DNA of 64,000 nucleotides, from NCBI RefSeq assembly GCF_001194135.2, contig NC_068982.1, positions 68,343,474-68,407,473 of the forward strand, read 5' to 3'. This document shows positions 1 through 13,565 of this stretch, in pieces (position 1 is the first letter of the stretch; each line of letters opens with the position of its first letter). Both the position numbers and the translations under genes were made by a program. The notes under the pieces were generated by a model. The model was not told where the DNA came from and ran no database searches. It saw only the letters and a list, made by a program, of their open reading frames with translations. Source of the stretch: Octopus bimaculoides. Its lineage: Eukaryota.

Positions 1-559
1 ATTAACATAGGAATGTAAGCAAGAGAAATTATAGCAGTATGAGTGCAGACAAGGTCCTCACCTCTTGAGATTTAGCTTTGGCTCTTGTTAAATATTTAAT
101 GATGCATCACTTCATCCTTTCACTTAGTTGTGTTGTCATACACAATGGAGACTGGTTATGTAACTAAACTGACATTATACTAACTACAATAAATGTTACT
201 GTGAACTGTTTTAGTGTCCAAGAAGCTATGCTTTCATGTTGTTTTGCTTAGCCCCAAATTGGCTTTGGGCAAGTAGGCTTATGAGGAAAAGCCTTCCAGC
301 CATGATCATCCCATCTCTTAAGACTGTTTATCCCAAAGCTACATTATTCAATATGTCCTTATTTTTAAAGGTGGTAGAGTATGATGTGAGAGAGAGAGAA
401 AGGAAAAGGAGAGAGAGTTAGGTGTTATTTCTAACATATCAAGCAACCATGTAGTGACTCTCTGAAAGTTTGGCTTGTGTTGAAAACCACTCTCGATAGT
501 TTATGTCCATCAGCTCATTACATTGGTTCAAATTTGTGTTAAATTTAGATTTTCAATTC

Positions 560-760
560 ATCATCATCATCATCATCATCATTTTACATCTGCTTTCCAT
601 GCTAGCATGGGTTGGCTGGTTTGGCAGAAACTGATAGGCTGGAGAACTGACAGCATTTTACTCCAATATCTACTTTGAATGGTTTCTGCAGCTGGATGCC
701 TTTCTTAACACCAACCACTTTACAGCATGTATTAGGTGCATTTTTGTTATAACACCAACA
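560..760 (-). mobile_element. Decayed RTE 3' tail
   Basis: (CAT)n followed by tttccatgctagcatgggttgg..gctggatgcc. Confidence 0.75.
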
Positions 761-844
761 CCAAGAGAGTTTCTCATGGCCTTTGGCAAAACCTAAAAGG
801 TCCTCTCAACCCTGAGTTGTCTCTGGCAAAAATGTAAGATTGCT

Positions 845-1385
845 CTTACAAATTTGCTCTTAGCTCCATTGACAGCTCCCTTGTAATCACAGAAGCCACT
901 ACATACTAGGATCAAGTGGATCCTATCCATGTGATCCAATATACTTGTAGTGGCAGTTTCCAACAAGTTTTTGTCAACATGGTGCTGCTGGACAGCACCC
1001 CTGACAATACCTTAGATGCAGCTGTCCAATGGGATTCAAAAGAGTACAACTAGGAGATCAGATGATGTGGGGATCACATGACCACATGGTTTTCTCAGAT
1101 CTTACCTGATACAAACTGCTGCCTCTTTTTTCATACAGGACTTGTACATGATATCAATATCACACCTCACCACTCAACAAGGGTCTTCATTAACCTGCTG
1201 GAGTGATCACTGATGATACCCTAGACTTGCTACATGAACTTGGCTGTCCCTAATGACTGCTGAGAATGTTTCTTTTTCTTGGCCACAGATAGCATACCTA
1301 TGCTAGAGGATCCAGCCACATTCAAGAAGCTGCCAAACTCCAATTTGTGTGGTTGACAGCTTAAGCCATGAGCATAGTGTGCTTT
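845..1385 (-). mobile_element. Highly decayed maT/DD37D-like Tc1/mariner transposase fragment
   Basis: Translated pieces KHSQQSLGTAKF, DIMYKSCMKKR and MDRIHLILVCSGF..GAVNGAKSKFV resemble the N- and C-terminal parts of the 14 kb and 50 kb elements. Confidence 0.5.
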
Positions 1386-1581
1386 TTATTTTCTCTGTCA
1401 CATTCAAATCTGCCATGTTGATGTTGTTGAATAATCTGAAAGCAAAAAGAAGAAATTAAAATTTGGAGCATGTCATTTTACCATTTATGACTAATTAACT
1501 TTTTTCCTCTAGTCTTTACCTGTTGAACTATAGGATATATTGTATATGGGAGACAGAAATATGTCATTACTGCTTAATATA

Positions 1582-1956
1582 NNNNNNNNNNNNNNNNNNN
1601 NNNNNNNNNNNNNNNNNNNNNNNNNNNNNNNNNNNNNNNNNNNNNNNNNNNNNNNNNNNNNNNNNNNNNNNNNNNNNNNNNNNNNNNNNNNNNNNNNNNN
1701 NNNNNNNNNNNNNNNNNNNNNNNNNNNNNNNNNNNNNNNNNNNNNNNNNNNNNNNNNNNNNNNNNNNNNNNNNNNNNNNNNNNNNNNNNNNNNNNNNNNN
1801 NNNNNNNNNNNNNNNNNNNNNNNNNNNNNNNNNNNNNNNNNNNNNNNNNNNNNNNNNNNNNNNNNNNNNNNNNNNNNNNNNNNNNNNNNNNNNNNNNNNN
1901 NNNNNNNNNNNNNNNNNNNNNNNNNNNNNNNNNNNNNNNNNNNNNNNNNNNNNNNN
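1582..1956. other. Assembly gap
   Basis: N run. Confidence 1.
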
Positions 1957-1990
<34 letters not shown>

Positions 1991-1991
<1 letters not shown>

Positions 1992-2210
1992 ATCATCATT
2001 ATCATCATCATTGCTGTTTAACATCTGCTTTTCGTGCTGGCATGGGTTGGACCAGGCTCCAATCTGATCTGGCAAGGCTTCTTCGGCTGGATGCCCTTCC
2101 TAACACCAACCACTCCAAGAGTGTAGTGGCTACTTTTTATGTGCCACTGGCATGAGGGCCAGTCAAGCAGTACTGGCATCAACCACGCTCAAATGATGCT
2201 TTTTATGTGC
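1991..2210 (-). mobile_element. RTE 3' tail
   Basis: (CAT)n followed by the tail consensus. Confidence 0.8.
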
Positions 2211-2254
2211 CACACATACATACATATACACATACGTGCGCACAGTAGGGGTGG

Positions 2255-2392
2255 GGTTCAGAAGGGCATCCAGCCGTAAAAACTATGCCAAAACAGACAC
2301 TGAAACCTGGTGCAGTCTTCCACCTAGCCAGCTCCTGTCAATCTGTCCAACCCATACCAGCATGGAAATCAGATGTTAAATGATGATGATGA
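2255..2392 (+). mobile_element. RTE 3' tail, inverted relative to 1991-2210
   Basis: agaagggcatccagc..ccaacccataccagcatgg..(GAT)n. Confidence 0.8.
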
Positions 2393-3512
2393 TAAGGATA
2401 CATACATATACTGCAGTGAATTGATTTAATTGTACATAAATGTACAGAATAAATCACCATTGTAATCTACAACCTATGTTTCTTTTAAATAGCAATGCAA
2501 TTTCATACATTTTAACAATTAGCTAAATGGCATTTGAAGAATTTTATGCACTGTTGTAGCAGTATATATTAGATACATATATTAGATAAATTCAAATGAA
2601 ATAAGGACAAAGATAAACTAGTCAATGCATTAACTACTTCAAAATCCATGTAGAACCATTTTCATTTTGTCTTTTTTTCACTTGATTTTTTTTAAAGTTT
2701 TTTTTTTTGTTTTTGTTTTTAAATTATAATTTTGTTGTACTGCATAATGTAAATATATTATCACATGGGCATCACAATGATTACACTTGTGACTTGAGAT
2801 AATTCAACAAAAATATATCTGAAAGTGGCTTCTTTTCACTTGTTTAAAAGCAGTCATAAGAGTACTTCAGACAAAGATAATCTTTTGAAGTTTTCCATGT
2901 CAATTTTTATTATCATTACTAGTATCAACAGTATACCCATGTCATCAAAAATGCTGACAGTTTTATTGATAGCAAATGGTGCATCAAAAACAATGAGAGA
3001 AACTATTTATAAATGTCAGCAAGCAGCTTAATACATGTACCTAAACAGAATTCAAGCGCTTGAACAATCAGATGCAGTTGTAATATTTTGATTTAAAATA
3101 TTATCATCCATGTAATATATGAAACATCCATTTTTCCATGATCACATGGAGCTGCCATTCCCTCTTTCTAAGAAAGGTTATATTTCACCATGCTCAGACA
3201 TGGTTACATGAAAGATTGGAAACAAAAAGCATCTCTTGCATGACAGTGACACTTGCTTACAACTGTTGCCGGACGTCAAGGGAAGGGGACAGTAAAACAA
3301 ACACATGCACATATATGTGTATATGAATATACATATATACACTTGTATACATATGTATATATATATATGTGTGTGTATGTGTGATATATATATATATATA
3401 TATATATACACCTGTATTTATATACACCTATATTTATATACATATATGTATGTATATTTATATGCGTATATATGTATATCTATGTGTGTGTATGTATATT
3501 TATATGCGTTTA

Positions 3513-4953
3513 TCATCATCATCATCATTTAACGTCCATTGTCCATGCTGGCATGGGTTGGACAGTTTGACCAAGGCTGGCAAACTGGAAGGCTGCACCA
3601 GACTCCAATCTGATTTGCCATAGTTTCCACAGATGAATGCCCTTCCTAATGCCAACCATTCCAAGAGTGTAATGGGTGTTTTTATGTGCCACCAGCACAG
3701 GTGCTATTTGTGTACACCAGTATCTACCATGACTGCGATTTTACTTGGCTTGATGAATCTTCTTCTCAAACACAACAAAATGCCAAAGGTTTTGGCCATT
3801 TGTCATTGTCTTCATGAGGTCCAACACTCAAAAGAAGCATTTCAGGTGCCACCAGCATCAGCCACTTTGCCTCTGTGAGGCCCAACACTCGAAAGGTGCT
3901 TTTTACATGCTACCAGCATGGGTGCCAGTTACATGACACCAGCATTGGCTACGACTACGATTTCACTTGGCTTGACGGGCCTCTTCAAGCACAGAATATC
4001 GCCAAAGGTCTCAGTCACTAGTCATTGACTCTATGAGGCTCAAAGTTCAAAGATCATGCTTCACCACCTTGTCCCATGCCTTCCTGAGTCTATCTCTACC
4101 ACAGGTTTCCTCCAGAGTTACAGATCAGCACTTCTTTACACAAGTGTCCTCGTCCATATGCATTACATGACCATACCAGTGCAGTTATCTCTCTTGCACA
4201 CCATATCTGATGCTTCTTATACCCAACTTTTCTCTCAAGATGCTTACACTCTGTTGAACATGCACACTGATGTTGCACAAACAGCAAAGCATACTGGTAT
4301 CATTTCTTTCAAGCCTCCACATGTCCTCAGCTGTCACAGCCCATGTTTCACTGCCATGTAGCATAGTTGTTCACACACAAGCATCATACAATCTGCCTTT
4401 CACTCTGAGGCCCTTTGTTGCCAGCGAAGGTACAAGTTCTCTGAATTTTGCCCAGCCTATTCTTATTCTCACACCTACGCTCTCAGAGCATCCATCTCCA
4501 CTACTAAATTGGTCACCTAGACACTGGAAGCTATCTACTACCTCTAGCTTACTGCTCTGGCAGTTAATGGAGTATATTTTATGTACATTCTCAGTGTTTA
4601 TTGCCCCTGTACATTTTCCACACACAAAAGCTATTTTCCCTGTTAACCTTCCTCTGATGTTATATCACCTCTTATGTGTCCATAGCTTACACTGGGTACA
4701 TCTTATGGAGTTTCTATCTACACATGTTCTGCAGATCAAGCAGGGCTATCTACCTGAAGAGATTTATAATTTGTCTGCCTTCCTATTTACTATGACTTTG
4801 GTCTTTGCTAGGTTAACTCTAAGGCCCTTTGATTCTAGACCTTGCTTCCACACCTGAAACTTCTTCCGTAGTTCTGGTAGTGATTCAGCTATAAGAACAA
4901 GGTCATCAACATAGAGAAGCTCCCAGGGGCAGCCTGTCATAAATTCCTCTGTT
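3513..4953 (-). mobile_element. 5'-truncated RTE-clade LINE with (GAT)n tail
   Basis: TGCPWELLYVDDLVL (YVDD at 4902-4913), WKQGLESKGLRVN, a Cys-rich C..C...C..C...H..C segment, VVDSFQCLGDQFSSG..RIRIGWAKFREL, then 3' UTR and GAT tail. Confidence 0.92.
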
Positions 4954-4994
4954 ATTGCCTGCTATATTTATATGCATATGTATGTATATTAATA

Positions 4995-5225
4995 CACGTG
5001 TATGTATATTTATACATGTATATATGTATGTATAATTTATACATGTATATATGTATGTATAATTTATACATGTATATATGTATGTATAATTTATTCATGT
5101 ATATATGTATGTATAATTTATACGTGTATATATGTATGTATAATTTATACATGTATATATGTATGTATAATTTATACATATATATATGTATATATAATTT
5201 ATACATGTATATATGTATAATTTAT
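4995..5225. repeat. 27-bp minisatellite (tataatttatacatgtatatatgtatg), about 8 copies
   Basis: Direct reading, and 9-aa periodicity (MYKLYIHIY) in the ORF track. Confidence 0.92.
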
Positions 5226-5270
5226 ATTATACATACATATATATGTATATGTGTATATATATTTAAATAT

Positions 5271-5316
<46 letters not shown>

Positions 5317-5372
5317 CATAAATGTCATGTGAACAGTAATATTTTTGAAAACAAGAGAGTTTGATATTTAAT

Positions 5373-5419
<47 letters not shown>

Positions 5420-5470
5420 AATATATGAGTATATGCATATATATGTACATGTATGTATATACGTTCATCC

Positions 5471-5508
<38 letters not shown>

Positions 5509-5754
5509 AATATGTATCTGTGAGAAATTGATAATATAAATATAATTTGATAATAAATATAATTTATGATAAAAAAAATTACAGTTTTATTTTTATTAAT
5601 ATAGTAGCGACTTCAGAACAAAGCTTCTCACTCCAGCTCACCTGCATGTAATGCTACTGTCTCTCACTCCTACTCTGTTTAGAGTTTCCCTCATTCAGCT
5701 TGACTAGCTTCAAGCACACTGTGTTTTATTTTATGTAATCTATTATATGCTGAA

Positions 5755-5950
5755 TGGTTAGCATGCCAAGAAAAATGCTTATCAGCATTTCATTTATTAT
5801 TATGTTCTGAATTTAAATTCTGCTGAGGTCAGCTTTCATCCTTTTCAGGGTTGATAAAATAAGTACCAGTTGAGTATTTGGGTTGATGTAATTAACTTAC
5901 CCACTCTCCTGAAATTGCTGGACTTGTGCCAGAATTTGAAACTGTTATTA
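5755..5950 (+). mobile_element. SINE-like dispersed repeat, type D
   Basis: ttgataaaataagtaccagttgagta..cttgtgccagaatttgaaac. Reverse copies near 18.4, 18.7, 25.5, 26.0, 26.2, 27.35, 29.9, 46.5 and 60.5 kb. Confidence 0.75.
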
Positions 5951-6184
5951 TCAATAATATTAATACACCAACTTGTTCTTTTTGTATGTACGTACCTGTG
6001 GTGTGTGTCATGCTTACTTCAAACAAAGAAGTGAGTGGCAAAGTGAGAGAGAGGAAGTAAGAGATAGAGTGAAAGAGACAGTGAGCGGTAACAACGTTCA
6101 TTTTGTGTTTTAAAATGTTTATTACATCGCAAGGAAAATAGATACATAGATGGAAAGAAAAGTTGATACATAGATAAATGGAAC

Positions 6185-6455
6185 AGTCTGCTCGTAAAAT
6201 TAACACACAAGTGACTGAGCACTCCACAGACATGCACACCATAACGTAGTTCTCAAGGAGATTCAGCCTCACACTGAATGTGACAAGGCCAGCCCCTTTG
6301 AATTACAGCTACAACTCATTTTTGCCAGCTGAGTGGACTGCAGCAAGGTGAAGAAGAGTACCTTGCTCAAGAACACAGCGCACTGCAGGGAATCGTACTC
6401 ATGACTTTACGATCATTTGCCGAATACCCCTAACCACTGAGCAACACACCTTCAC
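6185..6455 (-). mobile_element. Decayed type B SINE
   Basis: Colinear with 31638-31960. Confidence 0.78.
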
Positions 6456-6582
6456 TCTCTTAACTGGAGAGAAAGGAGTGAAGCGATAGAGACAAAGAAA
6501 GGAAAGCCTTAGTCATGTACAATGACAATTAGACTGAAATACGATCGATCTTTTCTAGCTTCTTTACTTTTAACAATGAAGA

Positions 6583-6644
6583 AGAGGGAAAGACATTTAG
6601 TAATAAATAGAGGGAAAGACATTTAGTAATAAATAGAGGGAAAG
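6583..6644. repeat. Perfect 26-bp tandem repeat, 2.4 copies
   Basis: agagggaaagacatttagtaataaat twice, followed by agagggaaag. Confidence 0.95.
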
Positions 6645-7064
6645 TTTTTCAGGTGTTTGTTTTTATTCTGGGAGTTCTATAACAATTGACTGTTAGTTCT
6701 CTCTTTTTTCCCCACCTCAGTACTTATTCACCTTCTTTGATAGTTCTTCATGTCTTTAAGTGGGGGGGGGACGTTTAACGTTTTCTCTACAAACTACAAA
6801 CAAGCCCTACTCCCTTCTTTTTTCATACACAAACGAATGCAAATTTCGAGCGGAGTATAGCTGTGAAAAGAATCAAAGAATCCAGAAAATTAGGTAATAC
6901 CCCCTACAAAACAGGTGGGGGAGAAAAGTTGCCAACAGGTGGCTACACAAAATTCAACTCTATACTTTAAAGAGTGTCTTCTACTATAGCCTCTGGTCAG
7001 CTGAAGCCTCATGAGCGAATTTGGTAGACAGAAACTGAAAGAAGCCCATCATATGTATATATTT

Positions 7065-7680
7065 CATCGTCATCATTTAACGTCCGTTGTCCATGCTGGC
7101 ATGGGTTGGACAGTTTCACTGGGCTGGCATACTGGAAGGCTGCACCAGGATCCAGTTTGACTTGGCATGGTTTTCTATGGTTGGATGCCTTTCCTAACAC
7201 CAACCACTCCGAGAGTGTAATGAGTGCTTTTACGTGCCACCAGCACGGGTCCCATTTGCATGACACTGGTATCTACCACAACTGCAATTTTGCTTGGCTT
7301 GATGGATCTTCTTCTCAAGCACAACATAATGCCAAAGGTCTTGGTCATTGCCTCCATGAGGCCCAACACTTGAAAGGAACTCAGCCACTTTGCCTCCATG
7401 AAGTCCAATGCTTGAAAGGAAGTCAGCCGTCTCACCTCCGTGAGGCTCGCTCGAAAGGAACTCAACCACCTTACCTCCGTGCGGCCCAACACTCGAAAGG
7501 AACTCAGCCACTTTGCCTCCATGAGGCCTAATGCTTGAAAGGAACTCAGCCACTTTGCCTCTGTCAGGCCCAACATTCAAACGTTGATTTTTTTTTTACG
7601 TGCCACCAACATGAGTGCATTTGGCTTGATGGGTCCTCTTAAGCAGAGTACATTGCCAAAGGTCTTAGTCACTAGTCACT
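7065..7680 (-). mobile_element. RTE 3' end with an expanded 42-bp tandem array (about 7351-7576)
   Basis: GAT tail, conserved ggttggtgttaggaaaggcatcca motif, and 14-aa periodicity in the overlapping ORFs. Confidence 0.88.
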
Positions 7681-10193
7681 ACTATCTGTTTTCAAGATAG
7701 TAGGGTGTGATTTGAGATAGATTTTGGCTACTAATTTCAGCCTGACAAACTTCCTCCTGAAAGCACTATTGTAGGCTTTGTAAGTGTTTGTTAGTGTAAA
7801 ATGTTTTCATGCTCATCAGACATGTTATCATCATCATCATTTAACATGTCATCCACACCATAAATTTATTTCTATAAATTTATTCAATGAGGCAAGTATC
7901 CTATACCTGACTAATGATTATTCAAAATTGATATGATGAATAGTATTTGTTTTCCCTTCAGTTGTCTGCTGTAAATATAATTTCTATGTATCTTATCACA
8001 AGAAATCACTAGTTTCAAATTACTAATTGCTAAATGATGTGTGTGTGTGTGTGTTTATATTTTATATGTTATGTGGTAACGATGTACAACAAGCTTCTTT
8101 TTTCCATCTATCAAATTCACTAACAAAGCTTTAGTTAATCTGAGACTGTAGTAGAAACAGATATGCTCAAGCCACACCTTGAAATTGAACTTGAAACTAT
8201 ATGGCTGCAAAGCAAACTTCTTAACCACACTGCCATGTCTGAGCCTAATAAATGTAAATAGAAACACCATTTCTTTAAAAAGGAAAACAAAACAGAAAAA
8301 AAAGGAAGAAATATTTGTTTTCTCTCCAATCACTTACAGTTTTTATTCTATTGTTTTGATTGATTAACAAAAGCCATCCATTGACAGTGGCCCAAAACAA
8401 TTTCTATTAATTTTATTGCTTTACAATATCTGCATCGAGATCAGTTGATACAATTAAAGAACTGCTTAAAAGATTGAAAGTGAATAGAATAATTTGCTTG
8501 TTTTTCTTTTATAGATTTTGTTACTTTTGGTTTATTTTTCTTATTTTGCTTTCCGAGTGTTAGCTTAAGCTTCCACTTAAAAGCCAATTTAATTATCTTT
8601 AAATATGAGTGAAGTAAATCTGCACTTATTAAGATTCAGCCAGCTATATGATATATTCAGACATGATGTGGGTGTGGGTTGGGGGCGGGGTGTCTTTTCT
8701 AATGAGAACAACAACAGACATGGAAGCAGCGCATTTTGAACTGTATAAGTATTTCAGTGCCATATTACATTTCATTATGCCCTTGTATACTGAATCGTAT
8801 TGTATTACATCACTATTAAATGCATATGTATTCAAATTTGAGATTTATCTTCTTCATATTACATGAAGATTAAGCTACAAATATTGACAGTCTAAATATG
8901 CTCCTAGGTACCAGTATGGCTGTGTGGTTAAGATGCTCACTTTCCCTTCACGTGTTTCAGTTTCAGTCTCACTGCACAGCACTTGGGCAAATGTTTACTA
9001 CTATAACCCCTGGCCAACCAAAGCCTTGTAGGAAGATTTGGTAGGTGGAAACTGAAATAAGCTTGTTCTGTGTGTGTGTGTGTTTGTATCTGACACCTAC
9101 GCCCCACTGCTTGACAACCGTTACTAGTGTGGTTGCATCCCCATGATTTAGCCCTTTGGTGAAAGAGACTGATATAATGAGCACCAGACTTGGGAAAAAA
9201 AATACTAGGTGTGTCAATGTGCCTGACTAAAGGCTTTCAAAGCAGTACCCTGACATGGTTACAGTCCAATGACTGAAACAAGAAAAGGATAATAAAAAAG
9301 GTGCTCGTAGATGCTGATGTGGCTGTGCGGTTAAAAAGTTTGATTTCCAACCACATGATTTGGGGTTGAGTCCCACTGCACAGCACAGCAACGTGGACAA
9401 GTGTTTCCTACTATACCACAGGATGACCAAAGCCTTGTAAGAGAATTTGGTAGATGAGGGATGATAGAAGCCCTTTGTGTATGTGTGCATGTTGGTTTTT
9501 TGGCTTACATTTGCATTTTATGAGAACCTCTCATTATGAACAATGTTATTGTTGTTATTGTCACTTCTTTCAAGAAACCATGCAGCTACTTCATGCCTTT
9601 AAAGACATGAGAAATAGAAGATCCCATACTTGAAAAGCTGGTATGGCTTAATGACAGGAAGGGCATTCAGCTGTATAACAATGCCTCGATGATGTATACA
9701 TCTAACCCAAAAGAAAAAATGAACATAAAACAAGTAGTGATGGAAAAAAGGAAAATGGGATATTTTTTCATTAGATATTATCAGCAATTGTTTGTAGTTC
9801 TTCAGGCACATAATTTTTATTTTCACCAAGCATCATCTCACTCCATGGATCTGCAGGTGTGTAAAACATAAGGTCACACAGGAAAGCATTTTGAAGTAGG
9901 TCACATTTATTGTTATAACAACTCTTAGTAACAACCCTTTTAATACCATCCTGCTTGAGACCATACCTAGTTCTATGATACACACTTCCTGTTTGTATCA
10001 TAGAGCACTTGTATCTTTAGATCACTTTAAAAAGTTATCTGAATTAAAACTTAAACAAAAATTGGGCTAAGAGAAATAACTCAGAATGGTCAGTGGCATG
10101 TATTTGAACAACATAGGCAAATATATGTATATCAAATACCACAACATAAGTTCTTGGTTTATTAAAATTATCTCCAACTCCAGAGGATGTGCC

Positions 10194-10421
10194 TTAAGCC
10201 TTTAGTATTTAAACCAACCATATCCAGCCAAAATATTCTGCTTGCTTTATGTTCAAACTGGCCAGATCTTACCTCTCACACCTATCCTACAGTGTCATTC
10301 TAAAATTAAACAACCACATCATCAAAACTTAGATGCTACAAGACAATTCATGATTAATTCAAAGCAATGTGAATGAATAAATATTACATTTGATAGAGCA
10401 ATCAGAATGCTAAAGGGTTAA
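10194..10421. mobile_element. TTAA-flanked (piggyBac-like) MITE, family 1
   Basis: TTAA-(g)cctttagtatt...aatgctaaaggg-TTAA. Sister copies at 16931-17158 and 52564-52706. Confidence 0.8.
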
Positions 10422-10544
10422 TTACCAAATCACAATTAAGTTTAGCTCCACTTCAGAAGGAGAGGTCATCTCAAGAATTCTCCAAAGTTGATATGTCATT
10501 AAGGAAAGGGACACGGGTTTATTTTCAGGAGATAAAAGGACAGC

Positions 10545-11040
10545 TTTGTGCCAGTTGATGAGAAATTAGAGATATAGAGAGGTGTGGCTAGGTGTCCTGC
10601 TGTAAAGTAGGTCTATGAATGCTCCAGTTGAAAAAGAGAGGTGGGTTAGAGACTAAGATAAAGAGAGTGGGTGAATGAGCGAGTAAGATGAAGAGAGCAA
10701 TAATGAGATAGATAGTGGCAAACGTGTTGGGACATGTTCGGGGGGGGGGGCATTGGTGGAGGTGATACAGAAACTTGGACTGGGTGAGCAGGGTAGAGGT
10801 GACTGAGGTAAATGATAAAGCGAAATATAAGAGAGGCTTAAGGGCAGGGAATGTGGTAGGTATGTGAGGGCATTGAGGGTGATGGCAGATAAGATGGAGA
10901 CCAAAACAGGAGAGTAAAGGCACAGAAAGGAGATGGTTGGTGGAGCCAGTAGGTGGGGAGAAGATAATGAGAAATGGAAGTTGTTCAGGGTGGAGAAGGA
11001 GGTAAAGAAAACAGAGGGGTGTGGTATGCACCTATTCTGT
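10545..11040 (-). mobile_element. Decayed Penelope-like RT fragment
   Basis: C/T-rich sense strand. Pieces FTSFSTLNNFHFSL..TISFL and PSHTY resemble Penelope RT/thumb motifs. Confidence 0.5.
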
Positions 11041-11596
11041 TCTCAAGTAATAGTGAAGTGATGGGTATTAGTGGATGAAAGGTGGGGGGTGACTGGGCAG
11101 AGAGAATGTAAGTGAGCATAGGACAGTGCCCCCCCCCCTGCACAGTGGCAACATGTTTCATGAAGTGTCAAATTCCTTCCTAATGCCAACCACTTTAGAG
11201 TGCACTGGGAGTTTTTATTTAATAAATATGTGTGCGTGTGTGTAGGAAGAGACTATTCTAGAGTACGTTCTGTCTTATCTTCGAAACGTCTAGTTAGAAT
11301 AGAGACAGCTGATGAAGGGATATTCCAAGTGGCTTTCCGTTTTCCTATGTGTTCGTTCCGTTGTCTGTAGTTCATTGTTCTAACGTCCTGTACCCTGATA
11401 TGCATATATATACACATGTAGATGTAAGTATGTACATATATGTGTGTATACATGTATATATATTCTTTGTATTATTACATTATTGAACGCACATGTCCTT
11501 TTTTGCAAGTAAGTCTACTTTATTATTCTTACGTGACTCTATCTTTCTATCTATCTATCTATCTCTCTGTCTATCTATCTATCTATCTATCTATCT

Positions 11597-12299
11597 NNNN
11601 NNNNNNNNNNNNNNNNNNNNNNNNNNNNNNNNNNNNNNNNNNNNNNNNNNNNNNNNNNNNNNNNNNNNNNNNNNNNNNNNNNNNNNNNNNNNNNNNNNNN
11701 NNNNNNNNNNNNNNNNNNNNNNNNNNNNNNNNNNNNNNNNNNNNNNNNNNNNNNNNNNNNNNNNNNNNNNNNNNNNNNNNNNNNNNNNNNNNNNNNNNNN
11801 NNNNNNNNNNNNNNNNNNNNNNNNNNNNNNNNNNNNNNNNNNNNNNNNNNNNNNNNNNNNNNNNNNNNNNNNNNNNNNNNNNNNNNNNNNNNNNNNNNNN
11901 NNNNNNNNNNNNNNNNNNNNNNNNNNNNNNNNNNNNNNNNNNNNNNNNNNNNNNNNNNNNNNNNNNNNNNNNNNNNNNNNNNNNNNNNNNNNNNNNNNNN
12001 NNNNNNNNNNNNNNNNNNNNNNNNNNNNNNNNNNNNNNNNNNNNNNNNNNNNNNNNNNNNNNNNNNNNNNNNNNNNNNNNNNNNNNNNNNNNNNNNNNNN
12101 NNNNNNNNNNNNNNNNNNNNNNNNNNNNNNNNNNNNNNNNNNNNNNNNNNNNNNNNNNNNNNNNNNNNNNNNNNNNNNNNNNNNNNNNNNNNNNNNNNNN
12201 NNNNNNNNNNNNNNNNNNNNNNNNNNNNNNNNNNNNNNNNNNNNNNNNNNNNNNNNNNNNNNNNNNNNNNNNNNNNNNNNNNNNNNNNNNNNNNNNNNN
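11597..12299. other. Assembly gap
   Basis: N run. Confidence 1.
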
Positions 12300-13565
12300 T
12301 ATATAGCAAATATATATATAGCAAATAAGTAACAAGGATGTCATGGTATTAGTGCATTATGGCTATTTCAGCTGGCTCCATTTAATCGAACAATGCAAGG
12401 ATTACATCAATTTGAAATACACCACCATCTTCAGATGCATAATATAGGTTTTCAACATGCAGGATACTCCATTATGATTTTTAGTAAATATTTCATCAGA
12501 ACTAGAGAATGAAAGAATTACATGCTGCTATTGTTGTAGCAGAATGAACTCAGGGAGAAAATAGCCCAACTATAATTTGGAGTGGCAGAAGAAAATAATG
12601 ATGGGGGTCATGAGAAGGTAATATAGCTACAATTTTTATCTATCTCCTTATCACTATCAAAAGATCTAATGCAGCTAGTATAATATGTCCACTAAGAATT
12701 AAAACCACTAGGAATTGACAGTTAAGTTCTAGCTGCTGATAATAAATTAATTACTGTCAGATACTCTCCCAAACTCTAATTTACTATGGCTATAAATTCC
12801 CTATGACCACATAAAGAAACAAATCTCCAGAGAAGTCAGTATGATAGTAGTAGAGGCTCAGATGGAGGGAGGGTAGGGGTGACATAAACTATTTTGTTAT
12901 TATCAGTTAAAGGGGCCTAAATAGAAAACAAAGGATGTCACAATGAGATCTAAATGGGCATTAAGGGTACTGGGGGGAAAAAAATATAACCAAAGTTTAG
13001 CAAAATTTATAATTATATTTTTACATTTTGTATAATAAGATGTATAATTTTAAAATTTAGAAAGGGATATAAGGACCAAGCAAGATAAGAAGGATATATA
13101 AAACAATTTAAGTCCTAAAAAAAGTAGATTACTTTTATATAAAATAGAAGTTTCATAATACTTCATTCTAACAAACTTTAAGGTGGTCATGATAAAACCA
13201 TTCAAACAATGAGCCCAAATTATATTCAGGTTTCATCTGAGAAAGAGGTACACATTTTTTTTATTGACTGAAAACCAAGGATCAAAAGCAAAAAAATGAA
13301 ATAATTGGTTCTATAATGGATAAACTTATTTAAAAAATATAATTATATAAAGAATTCCAACATTATGAAAAATCTTAAAGGATGTAAGGATATAAGATAT
13401 AAAAATATGGCATATATATATATATATACACACACAAAATATATGTATATATAAAGAATATATTATAATTGTAAAATGTTATTATAAATAACTAAACAAT
13501 TTTTTAAATATAAATGTAAGTACCATGTTGTATTATATCTTACCATGATTACCTGCTGAGAGAGT

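Noticed and set aside
2820-3050. Exon-like stretch with a minus-strand acceptor near 3040
   Set aside because: Stops in all three frames soon after the acceptor.
4056-4857. Plus-strand ORFs of 101 and 195 aa (also 7106, 27013, 50154 and others)
   Set aside because: Antisense to RTE or transposase relics.
7351-7576. Regularly spaced repeats that might suggest a CRISPR-like array
   Set aside because: Contiguous 42-bp units with no unique spacers, inside an RTE 3' UTR of an animal genome.
12340-12860. Possible ancient LINE endonuclease remnant (also about 43300-43700)
   Set aside because: Too decayed to show a diagnostic motif by eye.
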